Source: Octopus bimaculoides
Lineage: Eukaryota
Direction of reading: 5' to 3'
Length of the DNA: 42,303 bases
Assembly: GCF_001194135.2 (NCBI RefSeq)
Contig: NC_068981.1
Span: 192,790,164-192,832,466, forward strand
Position numbers and translations under genes: made by a program. Under the pieces are notes generated by a model. The model had not been told where the DNA came from. It was given only the letters and a program-made list of their open reading frames with translations, and did no database searches. Positions 24,342 through 36,566 of the stretch are shown piece by piece (position 1 is the first letter of the stretch; every line of letters starts with the position of its first letter).

Positions 24342-24660
24342 AAAGCTGTGAGTTGGCAGAAATGTCAGCACGCCGGGTTGATCTAATCGACTGGTCCCCT
24401 CCCCCAAAATTTCGGGCCTTGTGCCTAGTGTAGAAAAGGATATAAAAGGTGGCGAGCTGGCAGAAACGTTAGCACGCCGGGCAAAATGCTTCGCGGTATT
24501 TCGTCTGTCTTTACCTCTTGAGTTCAAATTCTGCCGAGGTTGACTTTGCCTTTCATCCTTTCGGGGTCGATGAATTAAATACCAGTTGTGTACTGGGGTC
24601 GATCTAATCGACTGGCCCTCTCTCCCCAAAATTTTGGGCCTTGTGCCAAGAATAGAAAAG
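24342..24660 (+). mobile_element. Dimeric tRNA-derived SINE type B (deleted monomer plus full monomer) with a 15-bp TSD
   Basis: TSD aattattttaacaat at 24327-24341 and 24661-24675; head ggcgagctggcagaaacgttagcacg, B box gagttcaaattc. Confidence 0.85.
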
Positions 24661-24744
24661 AATTATTTTAACAATGTAAACAAAACATCGTCTGATATCA
24701 TACAACAGCCATAATTATTTCTTTGTAATTTTTTTAATAAGTAG

Positions 24745-24924
24745 AAAAGCAAACGCTTCAGTATTTCCTTAGCTGTTCTTTCAAATGGTCGAGTTGCAAT
24801 CACTGGGTTTGGATCAACAATCTTGAAGATGGGCTTGACTATTGCAATACGTTATTCAGCTGCACGACGCCAGTTTGGACCAAAGGAAGATGAAGAAATA
24901 CCAATTCTAGAATACCCATTACAA
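24745..24924 (+). CDS. ACOX3: ACOX3 coding exon 7 (180 nt)
   Basis: aagtag|KSKRFSISLAVLSNGRVAIT...TIAIRYSAARRQFGPKEDEEIPILEYPLQ|gtaaga; RRQFG motif. The exact acceptor is less certain (see findings). Confidence 0.92.
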
Positions 24925-25829
24925 GTAAGATTAATTACTTTATTTTTTACCTTTGAAAATCTTCATTTCTATATTTTTTATTTTTATTAGGAAAATGATT
25001 AAAAAATGTTTAATTTAAACATTTTAGAATCTTTTATACAACATTTAGGAAATCTCAAATAAGACCTCTCAGCTTCACTTAAGTTACATTTCACTATCAA
25101 CAGAAATTTCAGTTAATACTTCCCCCATTGTTCCTGGTTGGTAGATCCCCAGTAGACCTCAAACACTATTTATTTCTCTTTTTCCCACTTCAATTGTCTC
25201 TCTTTCTTTCTAACTCTCCCATTTTCCTCTCCTTCCTTATCCTACTGTGGTAGCCAAATATCTCTTCTACAGTGAGGCAACTACCTCTATCATATTCTAA
25301 CCTCTTGCCTGGCTCACCACCACTTCCCTCCACTCCCTTTCTCAGCTTAGAGGTCTTTGCTTTGCAACTTACTCAGTGACCCCATTCGTGCTGGTATCAC
25401 GTAAAAGAGCTCCTGTGCCAGTGCCACCTTTACAGTACACCCTGTAAAGTGGTTGGGATTAGGAAGGGCATCCAGCCATGGAAACTTTGCCAAAACAGAT
25501 GACTAGAGTCTGGTGCAGCTCTCTGGCTTGACAGCTCCTGTCAACCATCCAACCCATGCTGTCATGGAAAACTGACATTAAATGACGATAATGTATTTTG
25601 ATGTCACCTGTGTATTTCAGTTATATACACTCAACCTGTGTATATTTCACTTGTATATATATTTGCTGTTTTGAGAATATGTTCTGACCACCTCATCACC
25701 AATATCTTTATTTTCTTTCCAGCTATTCTCACTCACTCTTATATAACATCAAGTAACCATGTATCTCTTCTGTATCAAGACATCTGTGTCTGTCTCTCTT
25801 TCATACTTTAGCCTGGGGACCTATGCATG

Positions 25830-26200
25830 GGTCGTTGCCAGTGCTGCCTGACTGGCTCCCCGTGCTGGAGGCACGTAAAAAGCACCATCCGAACGTGGTC
25901 AATCCCAGCACCCTGCTCCCCCCACCCCTGACCCAACTGGCTCCTGTGCCAGTAGCACGTAAGAAGCACCATCCGAACATGGCCGATGCCAGTGCCACCT
26001 GACTGGCTCCCATGCCTGTGGCACGTAAAAAGCACCCACTACACTCTCAGAGTGGTTGGCTTTAGGAAGGGCATCCAACTGTAGAAACCTTGCCAGATTA
26101 GATTGAAGCTTGGTGTGGCCTCCTGGCTTGCCAGTCCCCAGTCAAACGGTTCAACCCATGCCAGCATGGAAAACAGGTGTTAAACGATGATGATGATGAT
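25830..26200 (+). mobile_element. RTE 3' end with about three tandem 3' UTR units
   Basis: Repeated gcacgtaa.aagcacc..ccagtg..ctgactggctcc units, then cactacactctc core and (gat)n. Confidence 0.8.
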
Positions 26201-26924
26201 GAACCCCTTTGATTACTATTTTATTCTGGTGGGTCCTCATAGCCATTTGATGTTTAAAGCCTAGCTTTATAGAAACTTCTTTCCAAATTTCTATTTTGTT
26301 TTCCACACATTAACTTGTGTAGGTTGAATTATACAAAATGTTGGAGAAAGAAACCTTGCTGTTTCTTGCAATACATACCTATACATACAATTAAGGCAAA
26401 ATTTATATCAGGGGCCCTTAAAATATTGTGAATTCCCAATCTATCATTTTGTTGTATAGACCCTTCAAAATCTTATATGAACCTTCAAGGGCAATATGGA
26501 CCTCAGTTGAGAACCACTGGTTTAGCCTCTCAACTTCTGGCATAGCCACCTTCCCATCAGCTATGACCTCTTCCTCAGTTGAGAGGGGGGTGCTTCTTCT
26601 TTTTCTTTGTTTTATGAATCGCTTGGCAATCTTACTAGTACCAGTGTAATGGAGAAGGTACCCTATACAAACTGTAAAGTGGTTAGTGATAGGAAAGGCA
26701 TCCAGCTGTAGAAAACATGACAAAGCAGACATTGGAGTTTGATGCACTCTCTGGCTCGTTGGGTCCTGTCCAACCCATGCCAGCATGGAACAATGAATAT
26801 GAAATGATAATGATCACGTGTATTCTGTTGACTGGCATACAGAGGTTCTGGCTATCTTTATAATGACACCATCTGAGCTGATCTATCTTCTCTTCCCTCT
26901 ACACTGTCATCTCTTCAGCTTTAA

Positions 26925-27145
26925 CCCTTTCGATACCAACCCAGCTGAAACCGCATCTGGCTCTGTAGTACAAATGTCTTGTTTTCATAAGTTTTGAATT
27001 AAATCTTCCACCAAACCTTAGTCACAATTTATGTTCCTAACACTAGCTCAATGATAACTAAATAATGTTACCAAATTCTTTGTTATATTTGAAATTAATT
27101 GAATGAAACACAGAGCATCTCAAAATAAATATGGTAATGAAAGGT
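26925..27145. mobile_element. piggyBac-like MITE with TTAA TSD
   Basis: TTAA|ccctttcgatacc ... ggtaatgaaaggt|TTAA. Confidence 0.72.
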
Positions 27146-27336
27146 TTAAAGTCTGTCCAAGTTATTTATTTCAACTGATGTTTTCCTTTTGCACCAAACC
27201 AAATCATTCATTTTTTTCTCTTTCTGGTTCTATTTCATCTTCAAGGGACATTTCTGACTCCTATTATAACCAAATCAATGAAATGTTCTTATAAATAATA
27301 TCATATTTATGTCTTCCTCAAAATTTTTGGTTACAG

Positions 27337-27459
27337 CAATGGCGCTTACTTCCATATTTGGCTGCTACCTATTGTCTGGAACACTTCAGTAAATCTCTTT
27401 TTAGTGAACTTGTAAAAGTTCATGTTGGACACATGTTTGGGGACCAAAGTGATTACATG
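27337..27459 (+). CDS. ACOX3: ACOX3 coding exon 8 (123 nt)
   Basis: ttacag|[41 protein letters not shown]|gtaagc. Confidence 0.96.
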
Positions 27460-27490
27460 GTAAGCTGACCTTTGTTTTATCTTTTATTTT

Positions 27491-27671
27491 TCTTTTGTTT
27501 CAGTCTTTGGGCTGTGGCCATGCTGGAACACTACCTTCATCAAATCAGCCCCAGTACTTATTTTTTAAGTCTGGTACTTATTCTGTCAGTCTCTTTTGCT
27601 GAACCACTAAGTTGCAGGGATGTAAACAAAACAACATGGGTTGTCAAGTAGTGGTGGGGAACAACTGCAAT

Positions 27672-27706
<35 letters not shown>

Positions 27707-27853
27707 ATGGGGTTCTGCACAGTCTCCATCTATCAAATTCACTCACAAGGCATTGATCAGCCTGTAGTAGAAGACACTTGTCTAAGGTACTTCACAGCGG
27801 GACTGAACCTGAAACTCTATGGTTGCAAGGGAGCTTCCTAACCACACAGCTAT
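27491..27853 (-). mobile_element. SINE type A, about 30 nt after the exon 8 donor
   Basis: Reverse complement of the type A body with an internal (CA)n. Confidence 0.8.
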
Positions 27854-28779
27854 GCATATTTATTATATTTATTTATATATTTTATGTCACAATTTGTCTG
27901 CAGTAATGTCTCCAATGGAACAATCACTTGTTCAGTGTATTTCTGAAGATTAGAGTAACACGGGAGAATCATTAGCTCAATGTAGAACAAATATCTCAAG
28001 GGGTTTTATATGGTGAGAATTGTTGTTTATAGGTTTTCTCAATATACATCAGCAAAATGCACAGACACACATCTATAAATATAGGTTGGCCATGTGGTTA
28101 AGAAACTTGTTTCCTAGCCTTATAGTTTCTAGTTCAGTTCCACTGCTTAGTACATTGGGCAAGTGTTTTCTATTGTAGCTGTGGGTGTGTGCATTCACAT
28201 TCTTGTCATGACACTACACGATAGTTGTAAATAAGCATCACTGTCATAAAGGTGGTGTTGTTTGTTTCCAGTCTTCCATGAAAACATGTCCAGCCATGAG
28301 GAAATAATATCTTCCTTAGAAACAGGTGAGGAATGGTGACAGGAAGAGTATTACTGATAGTGACTTTTACAAATGCATAGCCTAAGTTTTTAAATACTGG
28401 ACTTTGTACCATTAATCTTTACATTGTCAAAGCAAAAGATTAAGTTGAATAAAACCCAAATTAAGTCAATCTACTGACACATTCTACATCTACCTGCCAA
28501 AAGGTATACACCTAAATACTCACACCTGCTTACAATGTCCTACATACATAAATAAATTCTAAATAATATAACTCCAAATTTAACCAATATAAATTTCTCC
28601 ATTACAAACAACTCTAAAAGCCTAATTACTACTCCACTCAAACCTGCACTTCCAAGGAAGATTTTCACTCAACAGAGACTATATAAAGCCAAGATTATCT
28701 TCAATTCATAGCAGTTCAATGATGGCTTAACTGGCTGAAACTTCGAAGTCCCTGTCAAAAATATTCTTGTTTGAAATGG

Positions 28780-29075
28780 CATATAAAAAGCACCATTCGA
28801 GCATAACCAATACCAGTGATGCCTGACTGGGACCCGTGCCAGTGGCACATAAAAATTACCATTTGAGCATGGTCGATGCCAGTGCCATATGACTGGCTCC
28901 TGTGCCGGTGGCATGTAAAAAGCACCCACTACACTCTCGGAGTGGTTGGGGTTAAGAAGGGCATCCAGCTGTAGAAACCTGTCCAGATCAGACTGGAGCC
29001 TAGTACAGTCTCCTGTCAAACTGTCCAACCCATGCCAGCATGGAAAGCAGATGTGTTAAGTGACGATGATAATGA
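28780..29075 (+). mobile_element. RTE 3' end with tandem UTR units
   Basis: aaaagcacc units, gaagggcatccagc, cccatgccagcatggaa, (gat)n. Confidence 0.78.
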
Positions 29076-29655
29076 TGATACATACACACACAATAGGCTT
29101 CTGCACAGTTTCTGTTCCTCTGTTTACTGAATTTTATCTAAATCACCGATATAGTATTGCTCAACTCACATCTATAATAAAAGACACTATTCCATGGTGT
29201 CCCACTGCAAGTTTGAACCTAGAACCTTATGGGCTCAAAGCAAACTAGACTGCAGAATAGTGTTTTACATCCAAAGGAGTGCAGTGAGAGAAGAGAAGAG
29301 ATATGCATTTTGTGTATGAGCGACGGTTTAGGAGAGAGTGTTTTGATTAAGTGTACGTGTGTATGTTCTGGGAATTAGAGATGTGTGCATGGTCGATGGG
29401 TAGCAGATATGTGTGAGTGAAGTTCATTGGACAGTGTTTATTGTCATGTGCGGATATTCAAGGAGAAGACGGTGTTATTAGAGAAAGGCAACAAAATTAT
29501 TAATCTTAGTTTGAAGGCCATGTTTAGCTTGAAAATTAGTTGTTGTTCATGGTGAAAATGAGAAATAGGAGGTCCATAGTATAAAATAGCACCACAGATG
29601 TGGCCAGGAGACTGGATAAAATAACATGATGCTTTTTCTCTCTTCTGATTGACAG

Positions 29656-29776
29656 TGGGGATTAATCCGTGAGATACATGCGCTGTCATCTGCTAGTAAA
29701 CCTCTGGGAAGCTGGTTAGCTCGAGATGGAGTTCAAGAATGCAGAGAAGCTTGTGGTGGAAATGGTTATCTTGCTG
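29656..29776 (+). CDS. ACOX3: ACOX3 coding exon 9 (121 nt, ends phase 1)
   Basis: gacag|[40 protein letters not shown](V)|gtgagt; [10 protein letters not shown] motif. Confidence 0.96.
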
Positions 29777-29825
29777 GTGAGTGTCTCTATGACATGTTTA
29801 TTTCATCCACAAACAGTATATTTAC

Positions 29826-30022
29826 ATCATCATCATCATCATTATCATCATCATTTGTCATCTGTATTCCATGCTGGCATGGGTTAGATAGTTTGACTGG
29901 AATTGGTGAGCCAGAAAGGTGCACCAGTCTGTTTTGGCTTGGTTTCCATGGCTGGATGTCCTTCCTAATGCCAGTCACTCCATAGTGTGTACAGGGTGCT
30001 TTTTACATGTCACTGGCATGTG
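29826..30022 (-). mobile_element. RTE 3' end, diverged
   Basis: (atc)n..ttccatgctggcatggg..ggatgtccttcctaatgcc. Confidence 0.72.
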
Positions 30023-30191
30023 ACTCCTAAACCTTTTTTATTTTCTCTCCCTGTTTATTTCTGTGTTCCTTTCTGTCGAAGAGCGTAGGCTCGAAATGTA
30101 AAAAACTTTCTCACTTCCCGAGCATTAAACTAATACATCTGTTTGTTATTTACACACCTGTCTTCGTCTTTTGTTTTTTTGTAAATTCTCA

Positions 30192-30360
30192 TCATCATCA
30201 TCGTTTAACGTCTGCTTTCCATGCTAGCATGGGTTTGACGATTTGACTGAGGACTGGTGAACCAGATGGCTACACCAGGCTCCAATCTGATCTGGCAGAG
30301 TGGGTGCTTTTACGTGCCACCGGCACGAAGGCCAGTCAGGCGGTACTGGCAATGGCGCAC
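30192..30360 (-). mobile_element. RTE 3' end with an internal deletion
   Basis: gtttaacgtctgctttccatgctagcatggg..ctggcagag joined directly to tgggtgcttttacgtgcc. Confidence 0.72.
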
Positions 30361-30578
30361 GTAGGTACTGTAAGTTTAGAGGTAATACTTGATAAGTGTA
30401 AGCACCTGTATATGCCGGATAGTGGCAGAGGTGAGAGAATATATCAAACATAAATTGAAAACAGAACACAAAAGATATCGCGGTACACATGTTTCAAGCT
30501 TCATAAACAATCTGTTATTATATCACCATAGGTACATTGATATAAAAGATGGTTTAAAGCTCTCTTCAGCTGCCAACA

Positions 30579-30619
<41 letters not shown>

Positions 30620-31878
30620 TATGGCTTAGTGGTTAGGGTGTTGCACTCATGATTGTAAGATTGTGGTTTTGATTCCCAGACTGGGCATTGCGTTGTGTTC
30701 TTGAGCAAAGCACTTTATTTCACATTGCGATCATTTTGTCATCTGACATGTGGCACCCAGTTGCACCTGTAAAGGTAATGTCGATTTGATGGAGGGAGTG
30801 AGCTTATGTGTACACAAACATTTGATCCCTATAAACAAATCATTTGTGTGGTTGTTTGGCAAGAAACTGTTGAACCCTCATACGTTGTCTAACGATGGGA
30901 GAGTCCATGATGATATAGAATGAGAGAAGAGAGAGAGAGAGAGAAACAGTAAGGTCAATGAAACACATCTGGGCTTAATATACTTAGAAAATAATTACAT
31001 GAATACAAAATACAGAGTATAGAATAAAGTAAAGAAAAAGAGTAATGTAATAGTCTTATGTTGACAGCCGTTTCGAGTGCACCATGGCTTATGCTGTAAC
31101 CATGTTCATAGATAATAAAGACCCACGAGGTCGTAGGTGTGTGTAATAATGTAAATTTCAATGGACTTGTTTGGCTAAGTCAGGTCACCCTCATCAGAAG
31201 AAGAATGGTAAATGCATGCATCATGACAGTGCTTACAAATATAAAGGGTTATAGAGAATAGAGTGGGATAGTAAGTAAAGTGTTTGAGGGAGGAGAAGGA
31301 ATGATTAGAGAGGTGGGATGATTAAAGAAGAAATAGGATGAGCAGAGGATAATTAAAGTCTATTGTGCCAACTTTAGACTTGTAGGGTGGTCAGTACAGA
31401 AGAGCAGGGAGGAATGTAGTAAACATCAGTTGGTAAATAGCAAATTGTAAGGGAAGACAGGTAAAAGTCCATAAAGGGGGAGTGAAAGAGAATTACAGTA
31501 CGAGGAGGTTAGTTTATACAGAAAAACAAAATGATAATGAATTTATGTAATGGGAGAAAGATTTTTAGTATTTATGTTGACATGCAAAAATTACATTTGA
31601 GAATCAATTGAGTAGAGAGGTCTTCTTGTGGTGTAATACAGTAGGCAATGTGAGGCAGCATAATTGGCAAAAATGCCAATCTGTAGAGTAGGGGTTTCTG
31701 CAGATGGTAGAGCTTGGCACAGTCCTCTGACCTACCAGATCCTGTAAAACCAGGTAACTCATCTCAGGTAACTCATTTCAGGTAACTCATCTCAGCATTA
31801 AATACAGATGTTAAATGATGATGATGAGCAGGGGAATAGATTGATATTTAGTTTACTGTTGTCTTTTTTCCATTTCAG

Positions 31879-32007
31879 TGAATCGTTTAGGAGAATTACG
31901 AAGCAGTAACGACCCAAACTGTACATACGAAGGAGACAACAACGTCTTATTACGTCAGACAAGTAATTATCTTCTCAGTCTTTTTGACGAGAAACTCAAG
32001 AATCCAG
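31879..32007 (+). CDS. ACOX3: ACOX3 coding exon 10 (129 nt), contains the catalytic Glu
   Basis: tttcag|(V)[42 protein letters not shown]|gtaaat; TYEGDN motif with Glu codon GAA at 31929-31931. Confidence 0.97.
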
Positions 32008-32811
32008 GTAAATATTATTCCTGTAATTGAAGAACCTGCTAATTATTATTATTGTAGTAGACATACAAATGTCAAATTTACCAATTTCTCTATGGTATGG
32101 CAGCATGCAATGTAACTGCACATTGCTGTATCCACTGTTTGTATGTTTACAAAGCATGTGCTGCCATCTATTGGTGAACAGTTGCCTACAGTATGGTTAC
32201 ATTGAATGTGGATGCAATAAATTGTTTATAACTACTGGTAATAACATAAAGTTATACAGGTAAGTGGAGGAATTAAATCATACATACACACCTGCATGTT
32301 TTGTCTGTGTTTGACTATGTACATATAATTGTAGGGTTTCACAGGTTATTGACACCAAACTTAGTCCTTGGGGTTGTAAATTCGTTCGTTCATGCATATA
32401 GTTTTTTTTTTTCTGTGAATCATGTGATGTCATGAATATGTGCTATGCACATATATCTGTGTAGTTAAGGAATCGATTATAAGTTCATAGGGGCATATTT
32501 TTTTTATGCATAATGTTCATATAACACATAGTGTGCATATAATTGATGTCCATAGAAAATCTTATTCGTATTGGTGGGGTTGCAAAGTAGGTGGGGCGGG
32601 GCCATGCTTTTAAATTTTGAAGTATGAATTGTTGCTTGTGCATGCAATGGGAGAAAGTTTCCTCTCTAACATTCAAAGTGTTCACTGTTTATGTTATGAT
32701 ATTTAGTTTTTGGTACACATGAAAATTGTAGATCTCTTTCTTAACATGAAACCATTGTTAGACTTGTTAACTCACAAATAAAGTATATATATTTGTATGT
32801 GTATATATATT

Positions 32812-32948
32812 AGCTTGCTTACCAATCACATGGTTCCAGGTTCAGTCCCACTGCGTGGCACCTTGGGCAAGTGTCTTCTGCTGTGGCCTCAGGCTGACCA
32901 AAGCCTTGTTAGTGGATTTGGTAGACGGATACTGAAAGAAGTACGCCG

Positions 32949-32992
<44 letters not shown>

Positions 32993-33120
32993 TGTGTTTG
33001 TCCCTTCAACATTGCTTGACAACCGATGTTGGTGTGTTTATGTCCCCGTAACTTAGCGGTTTGGCAAAAGAGACCTATAGGATAAGTACTAGGCTTACAA
33101 AGAATGTCCTGGGGTCGATT
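32812..33120 (+). mobile_element. SINE type A, partial
   Basis: ggttcagtcccactgcgtggcaccttgggcaag..(TG)n..gtaacttagcgg..ggggtcgatt. Confidence 0.78.
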
Positions 33121-34697
33121 TGGCCAAATTTGGACATACAACAGTTTAACATAACAGCAACAATATTTATTCTGCATTGTCTCTGTTTGCAGGCTGTATG
33201 TTCAGAAGGGCGGTAAATTTGTGTAAGAGCTGAATATAAGGTAGATGTAACTCTTTATTCCAGCTGCAGACAACCTCTTTAGTAGTGGTGGCTACAATGG
33301 GATGCACTTGTTCCACACTGTCGGACATAAATAATAACAAATTTAGTTGCTCTTTTTCTCTGTTGCTGATGTGGAGTATGAAGTGTAGTGAAACGATGTG
33401 AGAGAGATCCATTTAACCCCTTCCAGCATGTAAAGATATGATGTAAAATGGTGAAGATGATGTTGGAAGTGGTGGTGGTGACAGTGGCATCTGTGGTGGT
33501 GGTGGTGGTCGTGTTGGTGGTGTCTATATAGTAGCAAGAATTAACCAATAAACTGAGAAAATATCTTTTGCTATCTATTTTGCTAAAATAGCACAGGTCC
33601 CTCTCTTGTTATTGGAAATGCTGTGAACCAGAGATGAGCTTCCTGGGAAACCTGCAATCAATGTCTTCTTCTTCTTCTTCAAAGTCATCATCATTTGATA
33701 TCCACGTTCTGTGCTGGCATGGGTTGGATGGTTTGACAGGATCTGATGAGTCTGAGGCCAGCATCACACTCTACGTTTACTGTGTACAAGACACACCTTC
33801 TGTTGATGCCATGGAGCAACTTTCCTTCCTGTTACATGGGGTTGGTGAGGAGGGTCGGGCATGGCCCAGAGGAGAGAGAGAGTAATGGCTGGCAGTGTAT
33901 TTGGTAGGGGCATAAAGGTGGTTCAATGCATAGGCCTAGAGAATGATGGGGGTGGTGCAGCAGGAAGACAGGTGGTGGGAAGGTGAGGAGTGAAGGTTGC
34001 TATGAAAAATAGAGAGACGGGGTGGAAGGTAGATGGGGTGGTAAGTAGATGGGGTAGAATGTAAGGTGAGGGGCAGCAAATGTTGGCTTGGGCAAGGTGC
34101 ATCACATTTCAGCCCCTAACCCAGTGATTCTCAACCTTTTTCAGCATCTGGGGCCTGGATCCTAAACATGGATTTTTTTTTAGGGAGCCACTCCCCCCCC
34201 CCCCCCAAATAAAACACAAATCAAAGAAACTTTTTTATATTTATAGAGGGAAGACCATCCAGGTGGGGTGGGTACTGGAAGGATGCTTGAGGGCTGCATA
34301 TGTGTCTGAGAGCCATGGTTATGAATTGCTACTCTAAACCCTACCCTTGTCTCAGAGTACATGTTGCTGAGGTGGTCATGTCTTCTGCAACATCACATAC
34401 TACCAGTCAGCTTAGTCTTTTGTCACCCCTTTCTTGAGATGTAACATCTTCAGTCTTCAAGTCCTCCATGGTCTCCTCTCCCACTTCTGCAAGTTCCATT
34501 AACTCGGCTCATCGCTTCCCTATGCAGCAACCATCCTCTTTACCCATCACATAGGCATCATCAGTGCAGTCTTTTCTGCAGCATACTACATCTGATTCCT
34601 TTTAGTTTTTCCTTGACTCATTTGTACTCTGGTGCTCTTGTACCCTAACACTACACATTCATCAGAGCTTGCTTGTCTCAATTCTTTCTAGTCTTTA

Positions 34698-34912
34698 AGG
34701 CCGTGAGCTGGCAGAAACGTTAGCATGCCGGGTGAAATGCCTAGCAGTATTTCGTCTGTCTTTACATTCTAAATTCAAATTCTACTGAGGTCGGCTTTGC
34801 CTTTCATTCTTTCAGACTTGATAAATTAAATACCAGTTGCATACTGAGGTCGATCTAATTGACTAGCCCCTCCCCCAAAATTTCGGGCCTTGTGCCTAGA
34901 GTAGAAAAGAAT
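34698..34912 (+). mobile_element. SINE type B monomer
   Basis: gtgagctggcagaaacgttagc..aattcaaattc..ctttgcctttcat..cccccaaaatttcgggccttgtgcctag. Confidence 0.82.
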
Positions 34913-35264
34913 TCTTTACAAATCTACATTCAAAGCCTATGTCTCACTACCATGCAGCTTCTAACATAAGCATCAAAAATCTGCCCTTCATGTTGAGGGA
35001 GAAGATCTTTGCTATCAGCAGAGTTAATAACTTTTTAAACTTTTCCAGTCTGTTCTTATCCTGACTATTACACATTCTAAATGATCACTTCTGCTGTTAA
35101 TTTTGTCACCTAGCTAACAAGAGCTATTAACTAGATCTAGTGAGCCTGGCAGTGGAGCGTCTGTTTCTGGTGTGTTCTTAGTGTGTATTACTCATGAGCA
35201 CCTAACATATACACAGCTTGCTTTCATGTTTAGCATTTCCTTTCTAACTTTTTTCTTATTTCAG

Positions 35265-35375
35265 CAACAATCATTAGTTCTCCTATAAAGTCTGTTGATT
35301 TCATTAATGATTATGAACAAATTCTTCAAACTAAATTTGAAGCTAGAACTGTAGAAGAATGCAAGAATCCTCTGA
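35265..35375 (+). CDS. ACOX3: ACOX3 coding exon 11 (111 nt)
   Basis: tttcag|(A)TIISSPIKSVDFINDYEQILQTKFEARTVEECKNPL|gtaagt; SP+KSVDF motif. Confidence 0.93.
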
Positions 35376-35462
35376 GTAAGTATAAGAACGATTTTATTAA
35401 AATATCTGTAACGGTTAAGATTGATTAGGTACACAATAATATGAAATGTTGGAGTCAGCAGT

Positions 35463-36114
35463 TGTAACGATAAAAATTTGTTGTTATAGTAGCATGTTGT
35501 AAGATGTGAAAGATGAACAATGCATGAAGTTTTAAGGAAATATTTATTTTTACCATTACATTATACAATACCTTACCTCGATGGGGAGGTGATGAAATCA
35601 TAAAGCATGCGAAGTGAGGATAGATGTAGAGTTTGTGTTTGTGTTCTTGTCATTGTGTAGTAGTTGTTACAGAGAGAAATAGAATGACGTTGTAAGAGAA
35701 CAGAATTAGAGCTAGTGAGAGTGAGAGAGTATGGGACAAAACAACTGCTTCATTGGAGAGATACCATAGTTGTTCTAACCGGTCAGCCAGACTCTGTTCT
35801 CACTAACTGAGTTGTCACGAACCGACTAACTCAGTTGTCACCAAGTCACTAACTGATTTTTGCTTGGGGGTTCTTGCTTTTATAACTATCCAGAAGGATA
35901 GACATGTTGTTGAGAACAATGGATTTCGTTGGTGGTCTTGTTACCTCTATTCTAGCTTTTGGTGGAGTAGAAGAGGTTAGAAAGGGTCAAGTGGTGAAGG
36001 CATTATTTCGGCCTAGCTAAAGGCATCTGGAAAATGTAAAACTGCTGTTGAAGTGTTAATTTAAATTTGGCTATGGTGGATCGAATCCACTTCATGCTTG
36101 AAAGATTCATTACA
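35463..36114. mobile_element. TG...CA-bounded LTR-like element, homologous to 3779-4427
   Basis: TGTAAC start and ATTACA end; right-hand blocks shared with the 3.8-4.4 kb copy. Confidence 0.5.
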
Positions 36115-36120
36115 TATCTA

Positions 36121-36506
36121 GGCACAAGTGTGGCTGTGTGGTAAGAAGTTTTCTTCTCAACCACATGGTTCTGGCCGACTAAAGCCTTGTGAGTGGATTT
36201 GGTAGATGGAAACTGAAAGAAGCCTGTCTCATATATCATCATTGTCATCATTTAACGTCCGTTGTCCATGGTGGCATGGGCTGGACGGTGTGGCCAGAGC
36301 TGGCAAGTCTGGTGATGGGGTGGGGGTTTGCACCAAATACCAGTCTGATTTGGCGTGGTTTCTGTGGCTGGATGCCCTTCCTAACACCAACCACTTTACA
36401 GAGTCTGCTGAATGCTTTTAATGTGGCACCGCATGTGCACTTTTATGTGACGCTGCAGAAATTAAACGAAGGCAAATTTGGTTAAGACAATCTACTTACA
36501 TTTAAG

Positions 36507-36566
<60 letters not shown>

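Noticed and set aside
25830-26035. Regularly spaced repeats resembling a CRISPR array
   Set aside because: Eukaryotic context; the units are fully repeated with no unique spacers and belong to the RTE 3' UTR.
28440-28740. Strand-skewed A/C-rich segment, possibly retroelement coding sequence
   Set aside because: No recognisable motif in the frames I read. The same applies to the purine-rich tracts near 31150-31640 and 33880-34080.
31065-31100. Minus-strand CTCGAAAC as a second hammerhead
   Set aside because: No CTGANGA or matching stem II at the required distance.
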